Assembly: GCA_902791475.1 (NCBI GenBank)
Contig: CADAWC010000030.1
Coordinates: forward strand, 205-64,204
Length of the DNA: 64,000 nucleotides
From: Fibrobacter succinogenes
GTDB lineage: Bacteria > Fibrobacterota > Fibrobacteria > Fibrobacterales > Fibrobacteraceae
Direction of reading: 5' to 3'
Below the pieces are notes generated by a model. It was not told the origin of the DNA and did not search any database. It was given only the letters and a program-made list of their open reading frames with translations. The stretch's first letter is position 1, and each line of letters opens with the position of its first letter. Made by a program: the position numbers and the translations under genes. Below, in pieces: positions 45,025-54,038 of the stretch.

Positions 45025-46218
45025 TTACTCCAATTTTACACAGCGAACGGAAGACCCACGAATTTTAGCCGCTTTGTTATTCCTGGTAGGACCATAATCA
45101 CCATCTGATGCAACAAAACCGGAATGAACATGAGAATTTTCTTTCCCTTCGAATTCCTCAGGAAGAAACCAATACTCACCACCTCTTAAATCTTCAAACT
45201 TTCCCTCAGAGGACCTTAATCCAGCACCGGTTAGGGATAAGCCACTATAATTATTCCCCGCAAAGCCATAGGATGAACGAGTCCCCCGAATTCCATACGA
45301 ATTCGTTTCAGCATGCCAAGCGATGTAAAAATCCAGGTCGGTCATCAATCGCCAGCCCTCAGGGCAAATGCCTCGATGATTTTCTTCAATTAAATCAGCA
45401 CAGCTTTCGGTATTGCAACGGCTCGGCAACTGCATCATTTCGGCCCACTGGTAAAGCCCACCAAATTCATCACACTTGGTGGTGTCATTGTTGTAGCAAT
45501 AACGTTCAATCACTTTATCATCTTTTTGGTCTTCTGTACCAAGAACCATCTTGCCGATATTCAAGTTTTCGGCCATAATGGTCACGGAATCCTTTTTACC
45601 TAGATAATCTTCCCCAATAATTTTTATGTAATAGTAACTACGGCCATTGCGCGGGTCGGTAAATTGCTTGTATTTTCCTTCACCACCTACACGCCAATCT
45701 TCAGCCAAGGTTTTTGAATGATCGAAAGGCACATACTCGCTGCTAGAGGAATCGTCATTGCGAGAGCTCGAAGAGCTCGTGGCAATCACCTTACTACTAG
45801 AGGAGGATTGCTTACTGCTACTGCTCAGGATGACGGAAGAAGAAGAAACCGTCTTGACGGAAGACGACGAAGCAATCTTTTGGCTAGAACTTGATGGATC
45901 CCCTTCGCTTCGCTTCGAGGATGACGATAAGGCTTTATTCGAAGATGACGATTTCACGTCATTGCGAGGAGTCGAAGAGGACGAAGCAATCTTTTTACTA
46001 CTACTTGAAAGGCGATTCCCGCTTGAAGCGGGAATGACAGATGAAGAGGACGAAGACGACACATTATCGTCATTCGCGGAAGTACCGCTGTCGCCGCCGC
46101 AGGCGGCAAGGGCTATGGTAAGAAGAAATGTAAGGAAAAATCGTATGGATCCCCTACGCTTCGCTTCGAGGATGACTGGTCGAGAAAGACATTTCGCCGT
46201 TGCTTCAAAATTTCTCAT
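45025..46218 (-). CDS. FISUMP (Fibrobacter succinogenes major paralogous domain) lipoprotein
   Basis: RBS AAGGAG, lipobox LAAC, Ser-rich linker, FTDPRNGRSY, MAENLN, FGGLYQW, RGICPEGWR, SVRCVK. Confidence 0.92.
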   Translation of the reverse strand: MRNFEATAKCLSRPVILEAKRRGSIRFFLTFLLTIALAACGGDSGTSANDDNVSSSSSSSVIPASSGNRLSSSSKKIASSSSTPRNDVKSSSSNKALSSSSKRSEGDPSSSSQKIASSSSVKTVSSSSVILSSSSKQSSSSSKVIATSSSSSRNDDSSSSEYVPFDHSKTLAEDWRVGGEGKYKQFTDPRNGRSYYYIKIIGEDYLGKKDSVTIMAENLNIGKMVLGTEDQKDDKVIERYCYNNDTTKCDEFGGLYQWAEMMQLPSRCNTESCADLIEENHRGICPEGWRLMTDLDFYIAWHAETNSYGIRGTRSSYGFAGNNYSGLSLTGAGLRSSEGKFEDLRGGEYWFLPEEFEGKENSHVHSGFVASDGDYGPTRNNKAAKIRGSSVRCVKLE

Positions 46219-46420
46219 TCTGTACTCCTTTTTCTGCAGCATGTGCTATTTTCACACGCTGCAGACCTCATCCATATACCCAATTGCACGATAAAATAGA
46301 AAAAAGCTACATGTAACAATTCATCCAGTCAAAGAATTATCGCGCATAAAATTTTTTCACTTTTTTCGGCACTCACCCCTTTATAACTACTAATTTTATT
46401 TCTATATATGGGTCACCCTC

Positions 46421-46493
<73 letters not shown>

Positions 46494-46516
46494 TTTCTTT
46501 TTTTATATCGTAATTT

Positions 46517-46775
46517 GGACGAGGACCCGAGAAGAGGGTGCGACTAAACAACGAGATGCACGAAGTGCCTACGAGTTGTTTAGGAATTATCGCGTAGCGA
46601 TAAGCCAGGCGTTACGGGCTGGCGCCTGAAGCCCGTTAGAAGGGGTGATGGAAGACCCGGCGATTAGCCTCAAAATAAGCGACCCCGGAATAAAAGCAAC
46701 CAAGGCGAACGCTGCGAAAATACTTGTATTTTCATAGCTGAGCCGAAGGGCTTTGTACTTGTACAAATCCGGGGT
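46517..46775 (+). repeat. tRNA-associated hairpin element E3 with extended palindromic module
   Basis: GGACGAGGACCC...GAGGGTGCGAC start as in E1/E2; TAAACAAC/GTTGTTTA, GCAC-GAA-GTGC, TTATCGC-GTA-GCGATAA, ACCCCGGA/TCCGGGGT. Confidence 0.7.
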
Positions 46776-46823
46776 GACATTGTGGCCGGGGCTGCAATCA
46801 GGGGGAGGCCTCCCCCATCCAAA

Positions 46824-48365
46824 CTATAGTTTCATATCGCTCAGGCGAGTGCTTTCCACGCGGTCAAATTCCAGTTGGATTTCGGCAGAGGGTTCCTTGG
46901 TCAAGAGGCTCACGACGACAATCGTCACGAAGGAGAGGATAAAGCCCGGCACGAGTTCGTAAATCTGGAAGATTTCGGCGGAGAATCCGGAGAGGTAGAA
47001 TTTCCAGATAAACGTCGTAAGGCCACCCACGAGCATACCCGCAACAGCAGCCGGAAGTGTCGTACGCTTCCAAAAGAGAGCAAGCAACATAATCGGGCCA
47101 AACGTTGCGCCGAAACCGCCCCAGGCAAAGCTCACGAGGCTCATCACCACATCAAGGAAACTCTTGCCGTGTTTCACGCCATCGGCACTCGGAGCCCCCT
47201 GCATAGCGACAAGCACTGCGACAAGCGTAATCACCACGACCACGCCGCGACTCACCCACATCACTTCCTTGTTGCTTGCGTTCTTGCGGAACAAGTGCTT
47301 GTAAAGGTCGTTACTGAATGCAGATGCAGACACGAGGAGCTGGGAGTCTGCGGTACTCATGATTGCAGCGAGGATGGCTGCCATAAGGATGGCAGCAATC
47401 GCCGGGTGGCAAAGAGCCTGGCAGAGAATCATGAAAATGCGTTCCGGATCATCAACGGTGATGCCGTGAGCCGTCACGTAATAGCGGCCGAGGAGAGCAA
47501 TCATCACGACTGCGGCAAGGCAGATAATCACCCAAGTCATAGCAATGCGGCGAGAATCCTTGATTTCTTCGGCGTTCTTGATGGACATGAAGCGCACAAG
47601 GATGTGCGGCATGCCAAAGTAGCCAAGTCCCCACGAGAGGCTTGAAATCAGCGCAATAAGGCCAATGGACTTGCCCGTCGTTGCATTCGTGAAAAGGCTC
47701 ATCAAGTACGGATTCTGGGCATTCACGGCGTCAATCGTTGAAGCAAAACCGCCCGAGCCGCTCATGATCATCAGCGGAATCACGAGGACTGCGATAAGCA
47801 TCATCGAAGCCTGGATAAAGTCCGTCCAGCACACGGCAAAGAAGCCACCCATAAACGTGTAACTCACCACCACGACCGCACCAAGGATAAGCCCCGTCGT
47901 GTAGTTCATACCAAAGATGGTTCCGAACAACTTAGCGCAGGCGACAAAGCCCGAAACCGTGTAGAACAGGAAAAACACGAGAATGAAAATCGAGGCTATC
48001 ACGCGGATGATACCCTTATTGTCGCGGAAACGGTTCGAGAAAAAGTCCGGGAGAGTAATGGAGTCACCGCAGAAATGGCTGTACTTGCGGAGCCTGCGAC
48101 CGACGATTTTCCAGTTGAAGTACGTACCGATAACAAGACCGATACCAATCCAAGCTTCGGAAAAACCGCTCACGAACACGGCGCCCGGGAGGCCCATCAG
48201 CATCCAGCCGCTCATGTCAGACGCCTGCGCAGACATGGCGACCACCCACTTGTTCATGCCGCGGTTGCCGAGGTAATAGGCGTTCAGGCTGTTCGCCTTG
48301 CGAGAGAAATACGCTCCGATGCCAAGCATCATCAGCAAGTAAAGAATAAAGACGACTAACGTCAT
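46824..48365 (-). CDS. putP: Sodium/proline symporter
   Basis: YYLGNRGM, AMSAQASDMSGWMLMGLPG, ITLPDFFSNRF, LGYFGMPHILVRFM, AAIMSTADSQLL, IYELVPGF. Confidence 0.95.
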   Translation of the reverse strand: MTLVVFILYLLMMLGIGAYFSRKANSLNAYYLGNRGMNKWVVAMSAQASDMSGWMLMGLPGAVFVSGFSEAWIGIGLVIGTYFNWKIVGRRLRKYSHFCGDSITLPDFFSNRFRDNKGIIRVIASIFILVFFLFYTVSGFVACAKLFGTIFGMNYTTGLILGAVVVVSYTFMGGFFAVCWTDFIQASMMLIAVLVIPLMIMSGSGGFASTIDAVNAQNPYLMSLFTNATTGKSIGLIALISSLSWGLGYFGMPHILVRFMSIKNAEEIKDSRRIAMTWVIICLAAVVMIALLGRYYVTAHGITVDDPERIFMILCQALCHPAIAAILMAAILAAIMSTADSQLLVSASAFSNDLYKHLFRKNASNKEVMWVSRGVVVVITLVAVLVAMQGAPSADGVKHGKSFLDVVMSLVSFAWGGFGATFGPIMLLALFWKRTTLPAAVAGMLVGGLTTFIWKFYLSGFSAEIFQIYELVPGFILSFVTIVVVSLLTKEPSAEIQLEFDRVESTRLSDMKL

Positions 48366-48417
48366 AAGACCTCCGTTAAATTTTTTATAAAAATTAAAAA
48401 TATTCTGCTATAAAAAG

Positions 48418-48499
48418 GAGATGCCCGCTCGGAGGCGGGCATGACAGAATTAAAAGGCGGGCATGACAGAATTAAAAGGCGAACATGACAACTTTAAAC
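48418..48499. repeat. REP-like palindrome with its right arm amplified as 22-bp tandem repeats
   Basis: GAGATGCCCGCTCGGAGGCGGGCATGAC then GGCGGGCATGACAGAATTAAAA x2 plus one degenerate copy. Confidence 0.8.
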
Positions 48500-48537
48500 A
48501 GCGGGCACGTTCGCATTAAATGACGAGCATGACGACA

Positions 48538-49260
48538 TTACAGTTCACGGAGTTGGCGGTTATAGACGATGCGCTTGCCTTTTACGCCATCGGTTGCGCA
48601 AATGTGGTCTACGGGAGGCTTGAGCAAGTTCGCCACGAGATGAGCGGCAACGGTCTCTGCTCGCACCGGACGAAAATGCGCCGGTACCCATTCTGGGTGC
48701 GCACCGAAAAGCTTTTGCATCAACTCTTCGCCAAAGCGCTTGTCCTTGTGCTTGCCCAAGAGCAGTGACGGACGCACGAGCGTAAGCGATTCAAAACCCA
48801 TCATCGTGAGGCCTTCTTCGAGTTGACCTTTCAAGCGGTTGTAGAAGAACGGCGAGTGTGAATTTGCGCCCATGGCGCTCACGCACAGAAAATGCTTGAC
48901 GCCCTGGCGCTTTGCCAAAGCAGCAAGCGTTAGCGGCAAACGCAAATCGACCTTTTCCTGAGCGGGTTTACTCCCCGCCTGCTTGAGCGTCGTACCCAGG
49001 CAGCAAACCACGGCATCGCAACCGGTAAAGTTCTTGCAAACGCTGGATGCCCATTGTTCTTCGGGTTTTGCGCTAAGCAAGGCATCAAAATCCACCGCCT
49101 CAAAATTGAACTTCGATACGCCATTAAAAATGCCCAGCGCATTCAAGTCTGGGACCGAACGCACCGGGCAAAAAACGCTATCAACCTCGTCCAACTGGGC
49201 TAGCAGCTGAGCGACATTTTTTCCAACAAGACCAGTAGAACCGAGGAGCGCTATTCTCAT
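48538..49260 (-). CDS. NAD(P)-binding oxidoreductase (YraR/HTATIP2-like atypical SDR)
   Basis: LGSTGLVG, CCLGTTLKQAGS, VSAMGANSHSPFFYNRLKG, RPSLLLG. Confidence 0.88.
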   Translation of the reverse strand: MRIALLGSTGLVGKNVAQLLAQLDEVDSVFCPVRSVPDLNALGIFNGVSKFNFEAVDFDALLSAKPEEQWASSVCKNFTGCDAVVCCLGTTLKQAGSKPAQEKVDLRLPLTLAALAKRQGVKHFLCVSAMGANSHSPFFYNRLKGQLEEGLTMMGFESLTLVRPSLLLGKHKDKRFGEELMQKLFGAHPEWVPAHFRPVRAETVAAHLVANLLKPPVDHICATDGVKGKRIVYNRQLREL

Positions 49261-50330
49261 TGAGCAGATTCGTCCACTTCGTCTCTCGGCACCATCCAAC
49301 CGACTTCATCGCCACGAACCGGGAGGGCTGTTACAGCACCGGCTTCGTCAACAATCACAGCGATACCCGACAGGTAATTGACCCAGCGGAACGGATTTTC
49401 ATACACCTTCAAGTTGATGGTTCTGTTTGAGACAAAAGCAATAAGCGGTTCGACAAGCATGTCATGGCTTACAAGCACGCTCACGCGCTTCCAACTAGGT
49501 ATGTTCGCCACAATGACTTCGTTCACGAACTGGTTTCCGCGTTCGAACAAATCGTAGAAATAAGTTGCAACGACGACGCCAACAGTACTTGCATACGAGT
49601 AAGGTGCTCCATAAGAATATTGAGCGATGTACTTCGGGTTACCACCCTTGCTCGAAACGAGAGCATCCAAAGAGTCACTCGGAACCGTCAAGAAATAGCT
49701 ACCATTGATGGCATCCCACGTCACGACCTCAGCCGTTTCGCCACGACCAGCAGCGATGTTTTCGCAAGTCGCTCTTGTGCGCAAGAAGTTCGTCGAAGCG
49801 TAATAGAACGATTCTTCGCTCACCAACTTTTCGCCAAGAGTCTTAGCCATCTTGATTCCAATCGGGGTCAGAGACGATTCCGTCCCCAAATTATTTTTTT
49901 CGCGCTTGGAATGGCGAATCACAAAAGCAATCTTGCTCGTCTTCGGCACGGCCTTATAGACATCGCCCATGTCGTAGAAGCCATCTTCATCCGGTGTCAA
50001 AGCAAGTGCACCCGGAGTCGTCGCAAAAGTAAACGGACCATTCACAAGGGCCGTACCTGCGCTGGAACTGGACTGAACTATCGCATCAGACGAACTTGCC
50101 GGAACGCCAGGATTTACAACAGAGGAACTAGAAACGGGAGCCGAAATATTTTCGCTCGAAGAAGACTGGGTATCACCAGGCTGACCTTGCGACTGGTCTA
50201 CACTAGACGAAGATACAGCCCCAGCATTCGGAGCGACGGGTATAGAAGACGAATCGTCGCCACAACCGGCAAACATGCAAAGCCCGACAAAAAGGGCGCT
50301 CACAAGATACTTAGCGGAAATATTTTTCAT
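49257..50330 (-). CDS. Lipoprotein with histidine-phosphatase superfamily domain
   Basis: Lipobox FAGC, Ser-rich linker, FVIRHSKR (RH motif), LTPIG, RTRAT, LVSHD. Confidence 0.75.
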   Translation of the reverse strand: MKNISAKYLVSALFVGLCMFAGCGDDSSSIPVAPNAGAVSSSSVDQSQGQPGDTQSSSSENISAPVSSSSVVNPGVPASSSDAIVQSSSSAGTALVNGPFTFATTPGALALTPDEDGFYDMGDVYKAVPKTSKIAFVIRHSKREKNNLGTESSLTPIGIKMAKTLGEKLVSEESFYYASTNFLRTRATCENIAAGRGETAEVVTWDAINGSYFLTVPSDSLDALVSSKGGNPKYIAQYSYGAPYSYASTVGVVVATYFYDLFERGNQFVNEVIVANIPSWKRVSVLVSHDMLVEPLIAFVSNRTINLKVYENPFRWVNYLSGIAVIVDEAGAVTALPVRGDEVGWMVPRDEVDESAQ

Positions 50331-50564
50331 TTTCAAAAAATCCTTATATACTAACATTGAAATTTAGATTTTTCCGAAAAATTTCCTCGTAAAAATTTCC
50401 TAAACACGGCAAAACTATGTATATTTAGGGCATCACTTTTATCAGAGGCTGGATGTTATCTAGTAAATATTGGTTCATTGTTTAGCGCCTTGGAAGACAA
50501 ATGTTTTCAAGGCGGTCTTCCAAGGTGTTTGTGCCGATTCACACAAAAATTTTGGAGATAAACA

Positions 50565-51188
50565 ATGAAAAAATACAATATCCGCACGGAACAACCGCGC
50601 GACTTTAAAATCGTCGAAAATCTCATCCGAGAAGCATTCTGGAACGTTTACCGTCCCGGCTGCGTGGAGCATTTTGTCCTCCACCATTACAGGAACGACC
50701 CAAACTTTATCCCGGAACTCTCACTCGTCATGGAAGTTGACGGACAAATTATCGGACACGTAATGTACGCGTGGTCGAAAATCGATGATGACGACGGACG
50801 CAAAATCCGCATGATGACATTCGGGCCCATCAGCATCCATCCGGACTACAAGCGACAGGGCTACGGCAAGGCACTCCTCGACTATTCCATGGAACTCGCC
50901 CGCCAAATGGGCGCAGGTTGCCTGCTCATCGTCGGAAACATCGGATTCTACGGCAAAAGCGGATTCGTCTCCGCTTACACCAAGGGCATCCGCTACGCCG
51001 ACAACCCGAACAGCGACGCGCCATACTTCTTGTGCAAGGAACTCGACGAGGGGTTCTTGGACGGAGTGACAGGCTCGTACAAAGACCCCGAGGGCTACTT
51101 CGTGACCGAGCGAATGCCCGAAGAATTCGAGAAGTACGAGGCAAGCTTTCCACCTAAGGAAAAGCTAGTACTCCCCGGACAATTGTAA
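50565..51188 (+). CDS. GNAT N-acetyltransferase (YhbS-like)
   Basis: REAFW, LSLVMEVDGQIIGHV, FGPISIHPDYKRQGYGKALL, VGNIGFYGKSGF. Confidence 0.9.
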   Translation: MKKYNIRTEQPRDFKIVENLIREAFWNVYRPGCVEHFVLHHYRNDPNFIPELSLVMEVDGQIIGHVMYAWSKIDDDDGRKIRMMTFGPISIHPDYKRQGYGKALLDYSMELARQMGAGCLLIVGNIGFYGKSGFVSAYTKGIRYADNPNSDAPYFLCKELDEGFLDGVTGSYKDPEGYFVTERMPEEFEKYEASFPPKEKLVLPGQL

Positions 51189-51409
51189 TCAATAGTCGAC
51201 AAGTCATAATAAGACGCGCGACGACGCAATCGGAACGCGCGGAAAAAAGCAACGGCAGCTCGCGAGAGGCGGGCTGCACTTTTATTTAAAACTTACACAT
51301 TCTAAAAAGACTTACAAGCTAGGTTTACAGAATTAACGTATTGCAAATCTCGTAAAAATTTCTAAACTTTTCCTTGGATTAAATAACCAACACCAGGCAG
51401 GTTAGATTT

Positions 51410-53884
51410 ATGGCTAAAACTACCAAGAAAGCAAGTGACATTACCGTGCTCGGTACCGATGCGGAAGCCTTCCGCAAGGCATTTACCGACCACATCCACC
51501 ACACGCTCGCCCGCAGCAAATACACGGTGACGGACCACGAAAAGTTCCTCGCTGTGGCTTACGCCGTGCGTGACCGTCTTGTTGACCGTTGGATCAAGAC
51601 GCAGAACACCTATTACGAAAAAGACGTCAAGCGCGTCTATTACCTCTCTCTCGAATTTTTGATTGGCCGTACGCTCGGCAACTCCGTGTTGAACCTCGAC
51701 GTCGAAAACGCCGTGACGGAAGCTCTTGACGAAATCGGCATGACGCTCGAAGAACTCCGCGAACAGGAAGTGGACGCAGGGCTTGGCAACGGCGGTCTTG
51801 GCCGCTTGGCAGCTTGCTTCCTTGACTCCATGGCAACGCTCGAGCTTCCGGCAACCGGTATGGGCATCCGTTACGAATACGGCATGTTCAGCCAGAAGAT
51901 TGTGAACGGCGAACAGGAAGAACAGCCGGACAACTGGCTGCGTCTCCCGAACCCGTGGGAAATCGCACGCCCGGCTAACGCCATCAAGGTGCCGTTCTAC
52001 GGCTACGTGGTCAGCTGGATGGACGAAAATGGTCGCCTCCGCAACCGTTGGGAAACGAAGGACTACGTGATGGCCCTCCCGTACGATACGCCGATCCCGG
52101 GTTACAAGAACAACACGGTGAACAACCTCCGCCTCTGGAGCGCCAAGTCCGCTGACGACTTCGGTCTTAGCTACTTCAACAACGGTGACTACATCGCCGC
52201 TGTGCAGGACATGGAACTTTCCGAAACGATTTCCAAGGTCTTGTACCCGAACGACGCGTCCATGAACGGTAAGGAACTCCGCCTCAAGCAGCAGTACTTC
52301 CTCTGCTCAGCTTCTTTGCAGGACATCATCAAGCGCTTCAAGAAGCTTCACAACAACGACTGGAAGCTCTTCCCAGAAAAGGTCGCCATCCAGTTGAACG
52401 ATACGCACCCGGCAATCTCTATCGCCGAAATGATGCGCATCCTCCTCGACATCGAAAACCTCGAATGGGACGAAGCTTGGGACATCGTGACACACACGTT
52501 CGCTTATACGAACCACACGCTCATGCCGGAAGCTCTTGAAAAGTGGCCGGTCAGCTTGTTCGAAAAGCTCTTGCCGCGTCACCTCCAGATCATTTACGAA
52601 ATCAACGCTCGTTTCCTCCGCATGGTCTCCATGAAGTGGCCTGGCGACAACAACCGTCTCGCCCGCATGAGCCTTATCGAAGAAGGCGGCTGCAAGATGG
52701 TCCGCATGGCATACCTCTCCATCGTGGGTTCGTTTGCTGTGAACGGCGTGGCAGCACTCCACTCCGACCTCCTCAAGACGACGCTCTTCAAGGACTTCTA
52801 CGAACTGTGGCCTGAAAAGTTCAACAACAAGACGAACGGCGTGACGCCGCGTCGTTGGGTCCGCAAGGCTAACCCGGCTATGTCCAAACTCATCTCTTCT
52901 AAGATTGGTGAATCCTGGGTCAAGGATTTGGACGATTTGAAGAAACTCGAAAAGTTCGCCAAGGACGCCGATTTCCAGAAGAAATTCATGGAAGTCAAGA
53001 AGCAGAACAAGGAACGCCTTGCCAAGTACCTCAAGGCCACGCAGAATGTCGATGTCGACACGAACACGTTCTTCGACGTGCAGGTCAAGCGTATTCACGA
53101 ATACAAGCGCCAGCTTTTGAACATTCTCCATGCCATCCACCTTTACATCCAGGTGAAGGACGGCAAGGAAATCATGCCGCGCACCATCATGATCGGTGGT
53201 AAGGCCGCTCCGGGTTACTGGATGGCCAAGCAGATTATCCGTCTTGCAAACGCCGTGGCTTCTATCATCGACGCTGATCCGGATTGCAAGGGCAAGCTCA
53301 AGATGGTGTTCCTCGAGAACTACCGCGTGTCCTTCGCCGAAAAGATCATCCCGGCCGCAGACCTTTCCGAACAGATTTCTACCGCCGGCACCGAAGCTTC
53401 GGGTACGGGTAACATGAAGTTTGCCTTGAATGGCGCACTCACAATTGGCACGCTCGACGGCGCTAACGTGGAAATGAAGGAAGAAGTCGGCGACGACAAT
53501 ATCTTCATCTTCGGTCTCACCGTTGAAGAAGTGACGGACCTTCTCGCTAAGGGTTACCGTCCGCGCGACTTCTACGAGCATGACGATGATCTCCGCCGCG
53601 TGATTGACCTCATCGCTTCTGGCTTCTTCAGCCCGGATCATCCGGAAACCTTCAAGCACATTGCAGAAAAGCTCTTGTCGCATGACCCGTACATGCTCTG
53701 CGCAGACTTCCGCAGCTATGTGGATATGCAGAAGAAGGTTGCCGATGCTTACCAGGACAAGAAGCACTGGGCGGAAATGGCAATCCTCAACGTCGCTCGC
53801 ATGGGCAAGTTCAGCTCTGACCGTACCATCAAGCAGTACGCCGAAGAAATCTGGAACGCCAAGCCGTGCAGCATTGAGCTGTAA
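51410..53884 (+). CDS. glgP: Glycogen/maltodextrin phosphorylase
   Basis: GLGNGGLGRLAACFLDS, LYPND, QLNDTHP, NKTNGVTPRRW, QVKRIHEYKRQ, PLP motif EASGTGNMK. Confidence 0.97.
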   Translation: MAKTTKKASDITVLGTDAEAFRKAFTDHIHHTLARSKYTVTDHEKFLAVAYAVRDRLVDRWIKTQNTYYEKDVKRVYYLSLEFLIGRTLGNSVLNLDVENAVTEALDEIGMTLEELREQEVDAGLGNGGLGRLAACFLDSMATLELPATGMGIRYEYGMFSQKIVNGEQEEQPDNWLRLPNPWEIARPANAIKVPFYGYVVSWMDENGRLRNRWETKDYVMALPYDTPIPGYKNNTVNNLRLWSAKSADDFGLSYFNNGDYIAAVQDMELSETISKVLYPNDASMNGKELRLKQQYFLCSASLQDIIKRFKKLHNNDWKLFPEKVAIQLNDTHPAISIAEMMRILLDIENLEWDEAWDIVTHTFAYTNHTLMPEALEKWPVSLFEKLLPRHLQIIYEINARFLRMVSMKWPGDNNRLARMSLIEEGGCKMVRMAYLSIVGSFAVNGVAALHSDLLKTTLFKDFYELWPEKFNNKTNGVTPRRWVRKANPAMSKLISSKIGESWVKDLDDLKKLEKFAKDADFQKKFMEVKKQNKERLAKYLKATQNVDVDTNTFFDVQVKRIHEYKRQLLNILHAIHLYIQVKDGKEIMPRTIMIGGKAAPGYWMAKQIIRLANAVASIIDADPDCKGKLKMVFLENYRVSFAEKIIPAADLSEQISTAGTEASGTGNMKFALNGALTIGTLDGANVEMKEEVGDDNIFIFGLTVEEVTDLLAKGYRPRDFYEHDDDLRRVIDLIASGFFSPDHPETFKHIAEKLLSHDPYMLCADFRSYVDMQKKVADAYQDKKHWAEMAILNVARMGKFSSDRTIKQYAEEIWNAKPCSIEL

Positions 53885-53981
53885 TTAGGTATCAGGTTAT
53901 AGGGGATAGGTATTAGGTCAGTTAGGCACCGAAGGTGCGATTATAAAAACCTAAAACCTGTAACCTAACACCTACAACCTT
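53885..53981. repeat. TAGG-/ACCT-rich ~7-bp-period arrays flanking a GCACC-GAA-GGTGC hairpin
   Basis: TTAGGTA TCAGGTT ATAGGGG ATAGGTA TTAGGTC ... AAACCTA AAACCTG TAACCTA ACACCTA CAACCTT. Confidence 0.7.
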
Positions 53982-54017
53982 AAAAAAAGTTCCGCGATGA
54001 AAGTCGCGGGCTTTTTT
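53982..54017. terminator. Bidirectional terminator after glgP
   Basis: AAAAAAAGTTCCGCGA-TGAAAG-TCGCGGGCTTTTTT. Confidence 0.85.
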
Positions 54018-54038
54018 AGTGACGAATAATTGTTTCGT

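Noticed and set aside
48434-48499. CRISPR array
   Set aside because: Repeats are contiguous with no spacers and no cas genes are present
52307-53767. 486-aa minus-strand ORF opposite glgP
   Set aside because: Antisense shadow of a highly biased gene
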